NCBI GenBank assembly: GCA_963717505.1
Contig: OY970342.1
Coordinates: forward strand, 2,016,001 to 2,080,000
Direction of reading: 5' to 3'
DNA from: Candidatus Eiseniibacteriota bacterium
GTDB taxonomy: Bacteria > Eisenbacteria > RBG-16-71-46
Length of the DNA: 64,000 bases
Within the stretch, counting starts at the first letter, position 1, and every line of letters starts with the position of its first letter. Below, piece after piece: positions 45,701 through 54,600 of the stretch. Under the pieces are notes generated by a model. It worked only from the letters and a program-made list of their open reading frames with translations. It made no database searches and was not told the DNA's origin. The position numbers were made by a program, and so were the translations under genes.

Positions 45701-46863
45701 GCGGGGGCGCCGGCGCCCACTCGGGGCGCCTGCGCGTCGCGTGCGATGCCTGTGAGGCCGGTGCGTGGATCGGTGTGCCGCCGGGCGCGGAGCCCTGGTG
45801 CGAGCGCTGCCAGCGATCGGTTTCGGCTCCGCGCTGCCCCGATTGCGGCACGACGCCGGCCACCGCCGAGCCTCGGTTCCTCGAGGCTCACGGACTTCTC
45901 CAGAACCTCGATGCCGTGCTCGCGGCCTGGGTGGGGGACGCCGCCCCGCTCGACCGTCTGCTGCCGAGGCGGCCGCGGTTCCTGACCGACCTGACGCCGC
46001 CGGCCACGGCCGCGGGTGCTCCCGGGCTCTTCGCCGAAGTTGCTGCGGGCCGATTCGGGTCCGCACTCGCCGAGGCTCCGCCGGAGCCGGGCTCGAGGGA
46101 CGGCCTCGCGACCTTGCGCGCGCTCGCGGTCGCGTGTCAGCGGACCGGCGCCGGTGCCGCCGCGGACACGGCTTGGTCGCGGATTCTCGAGGTTCGGCCG
46201 GACGACCAGGTCGCGCGCCTCAATCGCGGCGTGCTGCGCGCCGTCGGCGAGCGATGGACCGAGGCCCGCGAGGATTTCGAGCGTGCCGGCGACGGCTTCG
46301 AGGCGCGCTGGAATCGCGCGGCGCTCAGCGTGGTCGAGTCGGTGGCCGCGGGCGGCGTGCCGAGCGCCGAAGCACTGCGCGCGGCACGCGACCAGACGGG
46401 CCCGGCCAGCTCCTACTGGAGCGACCAGACCATCGGTCGACTGTTGTGGGCGCTGCTGGTCGAGCGCGCGGCTCGCGCGGAGGGTTCCTCCCGTGCGACG
46501 GCTGTCGAGAACCTGCGTGCGGCCGAGTCGGAACTCGAACACGAGACCTTCTGGGATCGGGCGCTGATTCTCGAAGGCTTTGCCCGTCTCGGGTTGGCGA
46601 GCGATCGCGCGCGCGTGGCGGAGCCGCTGGCCCAGGGCCTGATCGCCGAGCTCGAGGCACAACCCTTTCTCGGCGCCGCCCGCGCCGCGGCGATGCGCGC
46701 GGCGTTGGCCGAGGCCGCACGCGCGATCCGCGGCGGCGATCCGACCACGGCGCGCGAAGCGTTGCGCCGGATGCCGGGGAGAGAGGATCTCGGCCGCTAT
46801 CGCGTTCCGTGCGCCGCCTGCGATGGCGGCACGGTCGGCGTCGAGGAATACGAGTCCGACTAG
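45697..46863 (+). CDS. Hypothetical protein with four CxxC motifs and TPR-like helices
   Basis: CDAC, CERC, CPDC near the N-terminus, CAAC near the C-terminus; ATGA overlap with lptD. Confidence 0.65.
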   Translation: MSGGAGAHSGRLRVACDACEAGAWIGVPPGAEPWCERCQRSVSAPRCPDCGTTPATAEPRFLEAHGLLQNLDAVLAAWVGDAAPLDRLLPRRPRFLTDLTPPATAAGAPGLFAEVAAGRFGSALAEAPPEPGSRDGLATLRALAVACQRTGAGAAADTAWSRILEVRPDDQVARLNRGVLRAVGERWTEAREDFERAGDGFEARWNRAALSVVESVAAGGVPSAEALRAARDQTGPASSYWSDQTIGRLLWALLVERAARAEGSSRATAVENLRAAESELEHETFWDRALILEGFARLGLASDRARVAEPLAQGLIAELEAQPFLGAARAAAMRAALAEAARAIRGGDPTTAREALRRMPGREDLGRYRVPCAACDGGTVGVEEYESD

Positions 46864-46900
46864 CGGCCGATTGGGCGCCGATTTGGGGCCGACTGGGGCC

Positions 46901-47731
46901 TCAGGCGAGTCCCCAGGTTTCGAGGTCGTCTTCGTCGAGCCCGAGCAGATGACCGACCTCGTGCTGGACCGTGACGCGCACCTCGCGCTCGAGATCCTCC
47001 TGCGTGGTGCAGAAGCGCAGCAAATTGCGGCGAAACAGGTAGATCGCGCCCGGCGCGGACGGCAGATCCTGGGTGGTGCGGCTCATCAGGTCGCGTCCCA
47101 CGAACAGTCCGAGAATGTCCGGTGAGAGCGGCGGTTGCTCGGCGGTGAGGATCGCCGAGTCCGGAAGCGGCTCGACCACCACCGGGATCTCCTGGACGCG
47201 TTGCTTCACCACCGCCGGCAGCTCGGCGAGGCTCTTCTCGACCAGCGCATCGAACGCGTCATCGTCGAGATCCAGAGGTTCCGGATAACGCTCGGGGTCG
47301 AGCGCATTCGCTTGCTCGGCGTAGTCGGCGGCGACTTCCGAATCGCCGAGGTGGTCGCTCGCGCGCGACATCAGATCCAGGGCCTCGGCCAGGTCCGGCC
47401 GGATCGCCAGGGCGCGGTCGGCGTCCTCGCGCGCCTGCGTGAACTGGCACATGTCGTAGCGCGCCGCGGCGCGCAAGTGAAAGAAGAGTGCCGGGTCGGC
47501 CGACCGTTCGGCGCCATCGAGCGCGGTCAGGGCCCGCTCCGGATTGCCCTCCTCGAGCGCCACCGCGGCATCGACCACGCGAACATCGGGGTGCGTGAGT
47601 CGATCGGGGAACGACGACCGCAGCTCGAGCGCGGCCCGCTCGGGATCGCCTTCCTCCATCAAGTCCCAAACTCGGTCGAGTCGGGACCACTCGGCTTCGC
47701 TGAGGGTCGGGTAGTTCACGGGATGGTTCAT
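46901..47731 (-). CDS. TPR + zincin-like (DUF1025-type) metallopeptidase
   Basis: ILGLFVG, IYLFRRN, VTVQHEVGHLLGLDEDDL. Confidence 0.85.
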   Translation of the reverse strand: MNHPVNYPTLSEAEWSRLDRVWDLMEEGDPERAALELRSSFPDRLTHPDVRVVDAAVALEEGNPERALTALDGAERSADPALFFHLRAAARYDMCQFTQAREDADRALAIRPDLAEALDLMSRASDHLGDSEVAADYAEQANALDPERYPEPLDLDDDAFDALVEKSLAELPAVVKQRVQEIPVVVEPLPDSAILTAEQPPLSPDILGLFVGRDLMSRTTQDLPSAPGAIYLFRRNLLRFCTTQEDLEREVRVTVQHEVGHLLGLDEDDLETWGLA

Positions 47732-47810
47732 GGCGTGAGACTAGCGGCCCCGATCGCGCGCGGCCAGCCCGGGCTCTGCTACGATTCGGGCCCCCGCCGC
47801 AGGAGGAACG

Positions 47811-48110
47811 ATGACGCAGGCCCAGTTGCTCAGGAAGGTCCGACGCAGTCACGGCCGCTGGTTGGATCGGATCGCGCGGCGCGCCTATCAGGAGGGGTTC
47901 GAAGCCGGACTGGCCCGCGCCCACGGCACCGGGCGCCGGGGCCGTACGATTCGCGGCGACGCCACGGTCGCCGGGCTGATCCGGATCATCGAGCGCCACT
48001 TTTCCCTAGGCCGCTACGGATTCGAGGTCCGGATCGTTCATTCACGCTCCGGGCGGAAGGTCGCGACCGGCGACCAGATCCGGAAATACCGTGTGCCCGA
48101 GGCCTCCTGA
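47811..48110 (+). CDS. Small basic hypothetical protein
   Basis: AGGAGG SD; upstream TGCTACGAT extended -10. Confidence 0.65.
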   Translation: MTQAQLLRKVRRSHGRWLDRIARRAYQEGFEAGLARAHGTGRRGRTIRGDATVAGLIRIIERHFSLGRYGFEVRIVHSRSGRKVATGDQIRKYRVPEAS

Positions 48111-48222
48111 TCCCGGTGAGGAGCCGCCCCGCCCGGGCCGAAAACAGGGTGACGGTAGGGCCAGGTATGTCAGCACTTCGCAACTTCGACCGGTTCGCAC
48201 CGTGCTCGGTGCGGTTCGAGTC

Positions 48223-48252
48223 TTGACCCTGGTCGCGGGCGGTCCGTAAAAT
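48223..48252 (+). promoter_or_regulatory. Sigma70-like promoter for the selenoprotein gene
   Basis: TTGACC-N18-TAAAAT; AGGAG SD before ATG 48298. Confidence 0.65.
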
Positions 48253-48297
48253 CCCACCGCGCAACACGTCCCACCGAACCCCAGGAGTTTTCCGTCC

Positions 48298-49701
48298 ATG
48301 AAGCACCTCGCCACGCGATTGTTTGCCTTCGTGATTGTGGCGCTCATTGGAGCGCTCGTGTTGTCGGCTGCCGGTCCCTCGACGGTCCTGCAACCGGACA
48401 AGCTCATCATCCTCTCGACGACGGACGTAAAGGGGAAGACGAGCCCCTGCGGTTGACACACCCCCAAGGGGGGTCTGGCCCGGCGGGCCAGCTACGTCGA
48501 CAGCACGAAGGCGCAATACGGTCAGGTCCTGTTGGTCGACAACGGCGGATTCTTCCCCGAGTCGGCGAACTCGCACGATGTCGCGTGGTTCCTGATGGAC
48601 GCGATGAAGCTGCTCGGGACCGACGCGGTGGGCGTCGGGGACCGCGATCTGCGCTACGGGGTCGCTTATCTGCAGTCGCAGCAGAAGCGCACCGGCCTGC
48701 CGCTGGTCTCCTCGAACCTGCTCGACGCCAAGACCAAGAAGCCGCTCTTCCAGCCCTACCTGATCAAGACAGTGGGCAAGGTCAAGGTCGGAGTTCTCAG
48801 CCTGATCAGCGACAAGGTGGATCTCGGCCCGGCCCGCGATTCGTTGTCGATCACCGAGCCGGCGGTCACCGCCGAGAAGACGATCGCCGAGATGAAGAAG
48901 AAGGGCGCGCAGGTGATCGTGCTCCTGTCGCAGCTCGGCAAGGTCGAGACCGAAGACCTGGTGACCGCGGTCGCCGGGATGGACGTCGCGATCGTCGGCC
49001 GCAACGTGCCGCTGCTCCAGCAGGGCCGCGTGATCAAGAACACGATCGCGTGCTACGGCGGCGAGCAGGGTCAGTATCTCGGACGCACGGTGATCACGCT
49101 CGACAAGGGCGTGGTGACCAAGCGCGAGAACGACATGTCGATCCTGAGCCCGGTGGTCGGCGAGAAGCCCGAGATCCTCGAGCTGGTCAAGAGCTTCGAG
49201 GATTCGTACAACGAGAAGCTGCGCAAGCAGGAAACGGCGGCTGCGACGACGCGTCAGGAAAAGCAGGAGGATCAGCCGGATCGCTTCCTGGGATCCGAGG
49301 TCTGCATCCGCTGCCACACGGCCGAGGGTGAGCAATGGAAGACCACCTCGCACTCGGTGGCCTGGCAGACGCTGATCGACGCCAAGAAGGACGCGACCCC
49401 GGACTGCATCGGCTGTCACGTGGTCGGGTTCCGCAAGCCGACCGGGTTCACCAACCTGACCTCGTCGCCGCACCTGTCGAACGTTCAGTGCGAGAACTGC
49501 CACGGCATCGGCACCCGGCACGAAGCGTTCGCGGCGGCGCCGCATCGGGTCGCCGAGGCGGTCTGCACCCAGTGCCATCAGGGCGAGAACGACCCCGAGT
49601 GGAACTGGGAGAAGAAGCTGCCGATGATCGCCCACCACAACTTCTCGGGCGAGACCGTCAAGAACAAGAAGAACAAGATGAGCGGCGGCAAAGCGCACTG
49701 A
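48298..49701 (+). CDS. Probable selenoprotein: secreted UshA/5'-nucleotidase-like domain with CxU motif fused to a tetraheme c-type cytochrome (467 aa, Sec53)
   Basis: MKHLATRLFAFVIVALIGALVLSAAG..LIILSTTDVKGKTSPCG-TGA(48454-48456)-HTPKGGLARRASY..LLVDNGG is in frame with ORF 48532-49701; hemes CIRCH, CIGCH, CENCH, CTQCH. Confidence 0.85.
48472..48493 (+). promoter_or_regulatory. Putative bacterial SECIS element
   Basis: CTGGCCC-GGC-GGGCCAG 7-bp stem (48475-48491); G-initiated loop 25 nt after the UGA. Confidence 0.7.
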
Positions 49702-49729
49702 CGCGGCGGCCGTCGCTCCGTCCTTCACG

Positions 49730-49762
49730 ACGCGGCGTTCCCTCACGGGACGCCGCGTTTTC
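49730..49762 (+). terminator. Rho-independent terminator
   Basis: ACGCGGCGTTCC-CTCAC-GGGACGCCGCGT followed by T residues. Confidence 0.75.
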
Positions 49763-49775
49763 GTTGCGGTGGTGC

Positions 49776-49804
49776 TTGACGGCCCTGGGACCCGACACTA
49801 GCCT
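49776..49804 (+). promoter_or_regulatory. Sigma70-like promoter giving a probably leaderless cbs mRNA
   Basis: TTGACG-N17-TAGCCT, 6 nt before GTG 49811. Confidence 0.65.
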
Positions 49805-49810
49805 CGGCGC

Positions 49811-51199
49811 GTGACCCAGGTCCCTGCCGGTGTGCGCTACTTCGAAAACATCCTCGACACCGTGGGGCACACGCCCCTGGTGCGGCTGCGCGTCGTGGCG
49901 CGCGACTGCCCTTGCCCGGTCCTGGCCAAGCTCGAAGCGTTCAACCCGGGCGGCAGCGTCAAGGACCGGATCGGGCTCGCCATGGTCGAGGCCGCGGAGC
50001 GCGACGGGCGCCTGAAACCGGGCGGCACCATCGTCGAGTGCACCTCGGGCAACACCGGTTTGGGTCTCGCCATGGTCGCCGCGGTCCGCGGGTATCGGGC
50101 CGTGTTCTGCATGCCGGACAAGGTGTCGAGCGAGAAGGTCAACCTGCTCAAGGCTTTCGGCGCCGAAGTGCTCCTCAGTCCGACCTCGGTCGCCCCGGAT
50201 TCTCCCGAGTCCTACTACTCGGTGGCCCGGCGCGTCGAACATGAGCGGCCGGGCGCGTTCCTCACCAACCAGTATCACAACCCGGCGAACCCGCAGGCGC
50301 ACTACGCGACCACCGGTCCCGAGTTGTGGGAGCAGACTGCCGGCCGCATCACCCACTTCGTCGCCGGTATGGGCACCGGCGGCACGATCAGCGGCACCGC
50401 CAAGTACCTCAAGGAGAAGAATCCCAAGGTCCAGGTGATCGGCGCCGACCCGGTCGGCTCGATCCTCAAGCACTATCACGAGACCGGCGAGATGTCCGAA
50501 GCCCACACCTACAAGATCGAAGGCGTCGGCGAGGACTTCATCCCCTCGGCGACCGACTTCAAAGTCATCGACAAGGTGCTCTCGTGCACCGATCGCGCCG
50601 GCCTCAACATGACGCGCCGTCTCGCGCGCGAGGACGCGATCTTCACCGGCGGCTCGGGCGGCATGGCGGTGTGGGTCGCGCTCGAAGTCGCGCGCGGGCT
50701 GCCGGCCGACGCTCTGCCGGTCGTGCTGGTTCCCGACACCGGTGAGCGCTACCTGTCGAAGGTGCACAACGACGAGTGGATGCGCGACAATCACCTGCTC
50801 GATCCTTCGCGCGCCTCGGCCGGGGAGGTCGTCGACAACAAGTCGCGCGGGCTGCCGCGGCTGGTGTCGGTCCAGGCCGGCGCTCCGCTCAAGGAGGCGC
50901 TGGTGCTGATCGAGCAGCATGCCGTCAGCCAGATTCCGGTGTTCAGGAACGGCGACCTGGTCGGCACCCTCGAAGAGAGCGAGATTCTCAAGGCCGCGAT
51001 CGCGGACCCCAAGGCCATTGACCACGCGGTGGACGGGTGGATGCGCGGTCCGCTGACCGTGGTCGACGCCGGCGAGCACGTGGACGCGGTGACCCGGCGA
51101 CTGGCGAAGGAGCCTGCGGTGCTGGTGCGACGCGGCGGTACCATCGCCGGGATTCTCACGCGGTTCGACATGCTTCAGTTCATTGCGGGGGCGGAATGA
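49811..51199 (+). CDS. cbs: Cystathionine beta-synthase (PLP domain + CBS pair)
   Basis: NPGGSVKDR, TSGNTG, GMGTGGT, YKIEGVG, PDTGERYLSK, C-terminal CBS domains. Confidence 0.9.
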   Translation: MTQVPAGVRYFENILDTVGHTPLVRLRVVARDCPCPVLAKLEAFNPGGSVKDRIGLAMVEAAERDGRLKPGGTIVECTSGNTGLGLAMVAAVRGYRAVFCMPDKVSSEKVNLLKAFGAEVLLSPTSVAPDSPESYYSVARRVEHERPGAFLTNQYHNPANPQAHYATTGPELWEQTAGRITHFVAGMGTGGTISGTAKYLKEKNPKVQVIGADPVGSILKHYHETGEMSEAHTYKIEGVGEDFIPSATDFKVIDKVLSCTDRAGLNMTRRLAREDAIFTGGSGGMAVWVALEVARGLPADALPVVLVPDTGERYLSKVHNDEWMRDNHLLDPSRASAGEVVDNKSRGLPRLVSVQAGAPLKEALVLIEQHAVSQIPVFRNGDLVGTLEESEILKAAIADPKAIDHAVDGWMRGPLTVVDAGEHVDAVTRRLAKEPAVLVRRGGTIAGILTRFDMLQFIAGAE

Positions 51200-52374
51200 T
51201 GGGCGGTGACAAGTCTCTGCCTGCGAACGCGGGCTTCAGCACACGCGCGATTCACGCCGGTCAGGAGCCGGACCCGTCGACCGGCGCCGTGGTCGTGCCG
51301 GTCTACCAGACCTCGACCTATGCCCAGGAAGCGCTGGGCCGCAATCGGGGCTTCGAGTATGCGCGCACGCACAATGCGACGCGCGCCGCACTCGAGGGCA
51401 ACCTGGCCGCCCTCGAGGGCGGCCGCCACGGTCTGTGCTTCGCGTCGGGCCTGGCGGCGACCACGACCCTGATGCAGACGCTGTCGTCGGGCGACCACGT
51501 GGTCGCCGGCAACAACCTCTACGGCGGCACCTATCGGCTGTTCGAGCGCGTGTTCCGCAAGTTTGGCCTGACGTTCACGTACGTGAACGCGGCGAACACG
51601 TTGGAGTTCGCCGCGGCGATCACGCCGGCGACCAAGATGGTGTTCGTCGAGACGCCGACCAATCCCATGATCCAAATCACCGATCTTGCGGCAGTTGCCG
51701 CGATCAGCCGGAAGGCTGGTGCGCGCCTGGTCGTCGACAACACGTTCCTCAGTCCGTATTTCCAGCGTCCGCTGTCGCTCGGCGCCGACGTGGTCATGCA
51801 CTCGGTGACCAAGTACCTGAACGGACACAGCGACATGATCGGCGGCGCGCTGGTGACCAGTGACGACGCGTTCGCCGAGCAGCTCCGCTTCCTGCAGAAC
51901 GCCTCGGGTGCGGTCCCGGGCCCGATGGATTGCTGGCTGGCGCTGCGCGGGACCAAGACTCTGGCGGTGCGTATGGAGCGCCACAACGCCAACGCCCTGA
52001 CGCTGGCGCGTTTTCTCTCGGGACACAAGACCGTGACCGCGGTCCACTATCCCGGTCTCGAGTCCCACCCCCAGTACGATCTGGCCCGCCGCCAGTCGAC
52101 CGGTTTCGGCGGGATGATCTCGTTCGTGCCCGGCGACGGCTCCCTCGAGGCGGGGCGCCGGGTGTTCGACCGCTTCCGGCTGTTCACCCGGGCCGAGAGC
52201 CTGGGTGGCGTCGAGAGCTTGGTGTGCCATCCCGCGTCGATGACCCATGCGTCCGTTCCCCGGGAGACCCGGCTGGCCATGGGGTTCGCCGACGGGCTGC
52301 TGCGCCTGTCGGTCGGGATCGAAGACGTGGCCGACCTCCAGGTCGATTTGGAGCAGGCCCTGGTCGGAGACTGA
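51196..52374 (+). CDS. Cystathionine gamma-lyase/synthase
   Basis: YQTST, EYAR, ETPTNP, DNTF, HSVTKYLNGHSD, AESLGGVESL, RLSVGIE. Confidence 0.92.
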   Translation: MMGGDKSLPANAGFSTRAIHAGQEPDPSTGAVVVPVYQTSTYAQEALGRNRGFEYARTHNATRAALEGNLAALEGGRHGLCFASGLAATTTLMQTLSSGDHVVAGNNLYGGTYRLFERVFRKFGLTFTYVNAANTLEFAAAITPATKMVFVETPTNPMIQITDLAAVAAISRKAGARLVVDNTFLSPYFQRPLSLGADVVMHSVTKYLNGHSDMIGGALVTSDDAFAEQLRFLQNASGAVPGPMDCWLALRGTKTLAVRMERHNANALTLARFLSGHKTVTAVHYPGLESHPQYDLARRQSTGFGGMISFVPGDGSLEAGRRVFDRFRLFTRAESLGGVESLVCHPASMTHASVPRETRLAMGFADGLLRLSVGIEDVADLQVDLEQALVGD

Positions 52375-52434
52375 CCCGTTCCGCCCGCGGCCGGGGGGCC
52401 GAGCCCATCCCCCAGCGAGCCGCCGGGCTGCTGT

Positions 52435-52463
52435 TTGACAGAACCGGGCCCCACCCATAGCCT
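52435..52463 (+). promoter_or_regulatory. Sigma70-like promoter
   Basis: TTGACA-N17-TAGCCT. Confidence 0.7.
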
Positions 52464-52664
52464 TCGCCCGCTTTTTGCAGGGAGCGCTCGTGGACCCTCC
52501 ACGACTCGCTCGTGACCGCTGGGACGCAGTTCGCTCAGGGATGGGTGCCGGCATCGACACCCCTGTTGGTGCGTCGTTCTTCGTTTTCGAGTGCCTGCGC
52601 TCAGACGATTGCTGCCGCGGCTCCTGACGCCGCGGTCTTCCGCTGGGGAGGTGAGGTACCCAAG

Positions 52665-52859
52665 ATGCGTAGCTTTTTGGCTATGTTGATGGCAGCAATT
52701 CTGACTCTCTCGATGGCTCTGACCGTGGCAGGGTGTGGCGGCGGCCAGACCGAGGCTCCGGCAACGTCCGAGGAGCCGGCGATGTCGAGCGAGCCCACGC
52801 CGCCGGCCGGGGACATGACTGCCGATAGTGCCGCGGCCGACACGTCCATGCAGCACTGA
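52665..52859 (+). CDS. Small acidic lipoprotein (64 aa)
   Basis: GGAGGTGA SD; lipobox VAGC; low-complexity tail; own promoter and terminator. Confidence 0.75.
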   Translation: MRSFLAMLMAAILTLSMALTVAGCGGGQTEAPATSEEPAMSSEPTPPAGDMTADSAAADTSMQH

Positions 52860-52880
52860 TCGTTCCTGAACGGGGAACAC

Positions 52881-52910
52881 GAGGGGGGCTCCCGAGGGAC
52901 GCCCCCCTTT
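52881..52910 (+). terminator. Rho-independent terminator
   Basis: GGGGGG..TCCC-GA-GGGA..CCCCCC followed by TTT. Confidence 0.7.
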
Positions 52911-52995
52911 GCGTTCCGCCCGAAAACCCGTGCTCCGCACCTGAAACCGCGGCCCCGGGGAGGCCGTATCCCCAACCACGGAAAGGAGGCGGTCC

Positions 52996-54327
52996 ATGAT
53001 TCAGACCCCCGTCGGCGCTCGCCCCATCGTGAGGCGGGCCCTGTTTGCGACGGCAATCGTTCTTCTCGCGGCCTGGGCGGCAACCATCCTGGGCAGTATG
53101 CCCTGGCAGTCAGGGCTCGCGCGCGGGCCGCTCGCCGCCGTGGTTCACGCGGTCGCGTGCAACGTCGCGACCGCTGTAGCTCAGGAATCCAGTCAGCCGC
53201 CGGAGCCCCCGGTGCCGCCTGAGCCACCCGAGCATCCCAAGATCACGATCGGCAAGTCCGGAAACATCACCCGCATCGGCTCGGACATCGAGATCGGTCC
53301 CGACCAGGTGGTCGAGGGCGACGTGGTCGCGGTCGGCGGTGACGTCACGGTCTATGGCCGAATCGAGGGCGACGTGGCTGCGATGGGCGGCGACGTGCAC
53401 TTGATGGCGAGCGCCGATATCGAAGGCGACGTGGTCTGCATGGGCGGTCGCCTGATCGAGGAAGACGGCGCCAAGGTCGGCGGCCAGCGTGTGAGTGGTC
53501 TGGGTCGCGGCCGCAGAGGTACCGTCATCCGCGAGGGGTGGAAGGAAGAACACCGCCGCGAGAACCGACTGGCCTCGTCGCTCGCCGGCCTGCTCTTGAT
53601 GGCCGGCGCTGCCTGGGGCTTCGCGAGTCTCGGCCCGGGCCGGACGCGCGAGGTGATGACCACACTCCGCCGTGAGACCGTGATGTCGTTCGGCATCGGC
53701 ACCCTGGTCGTCGCCCTGCTCATCCCGTCGATCGTGGCGCTCGCCCTGGTGGTGGCACTCCTATGCATCACCATCATCGGGATCCCGGTGGCACTCGCCG
53801 CGCTGCTTGGCTACTGCCTGTTCCTCGTGCTGATCTGGGTCTGGGGCTACGTCGCGGCCGCCGCCGTGCTCGGCGAAGGTATCCTGTCCCGGCGTGCAGC
53901 GAGTGCCGCTCCCGGGGCCACGTTCACGCCGCCGACCCTGGTGAACGCCGCGTTGCTCGGCGTCCTGGTGGTCAATGGCAGCTCGTTCCTCGGCGCCCTG
54001 CTCAGGGAAACCGGTGGATTCCTCTCCGGGTTCGGCACGTTGATTCGCGTGCTCGCGGTGATTGCGGCGTTCCTGCTCACGATCGCCGGATCGGGCGCCT
54101 GGCTGCGGACCGAGTTCCGCGCCGGGACGATCGCGCGCTGGTGGCGTGGAAACCAATGGGGACGTAGAAGCGATCCCGTGCCGCCACCCACACCGCCGCC
54201 GGCACCGTCGTCGCCACCGGTGGCGCCGCCGCCGATGCCGTCTCCGACCTCGGCTTTCATGCCTCCCGGGATATCGCCGGGATCGGGGCACGGGGGATCC
54301 GAGCCGCCGTCGATACCGACCGGCTGA
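52996..54327 (+). CDS. Bactofilin-like beta-helix + multi-TM membrane protein
   Basis: AAGGAGG SD; repeats VEGDVVAVGGDV, IEGDVAAMGGDV, IEGDVVCMGG; ITIIGIP TM region; Pro-rich tail. Confidence 0.78.
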   Translation: MIQTPVGARPIVRRALFATAIVLLAAWAATILGSMPWQSGLARGPLAAVVHAVACNVATAVAQESSQPPEPPVPPEPPEHPKITIGKSGNITRIGSDIEIGPDQVVEGDVVAVGGDVTVYGRIEGDVAAMGGDVHLMASADIEGDVVCMGGRLIEEDGAKVGGQRVSGLGRGRRGTVIREGWKEEHRRENRLASSLAGLLLMAGAAWGFASLGPGRTREVMTTLRRETVMSFGIGTLVVALLIPSIVALALVVALLCITIIGIPVALAALLGYCLFLVLIWVWGYVAAAAVLGEGILSRRAASAAPGATFTPPTLVNAALLGVLVVNGSSFLGALLRETGGFLSGFGTLIRVLAVIAAFLLTIAGSGAWLRTEFRAGTIARWWRGNQWGRRSDPVPPPTPPPAPSSPPVAPPPMPSPTSAFMPPGISPGSGHGGSEPPSIPTG

Positions 54328-54600
54328 AGACCACTGCCGATCGGAGCCCGCCGCGGCTCCGATCGGTGGCCCGCCGAACCGGCCTGGGTTCGCCTTCGGG
54401 CAAGCGTCCGAGCTACTGTCGCGAGCCCGCGGGGGCGTGGGGGCAGGTAGGGGCGGGTCTGCGTCGAGCCATGGCGCGCCACGTGGCTCCGCCACGCGGC
54501 TTCCATGGGCAACACCATCGACGCCAACCCGCCCTACCTGCCCCCACGCCCTCGCGGGCTCGCGACATCGTTTTCCCGCCCGTCACGGCGGAGGTGATCC

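Noticed and set aside
54336-54367. Strong hairpin after the bactofilin-like gene as an intrinsic terminator
   Set aside because: The stem is real but has no U-tract; function cannot be assigned.
54595-54597. Second in-frame TGA as a selenocysteine candidate
   Set aside because: No Cys-type context or clear SECIS; the TGA is part of the GGAGGTGA SD sequence.
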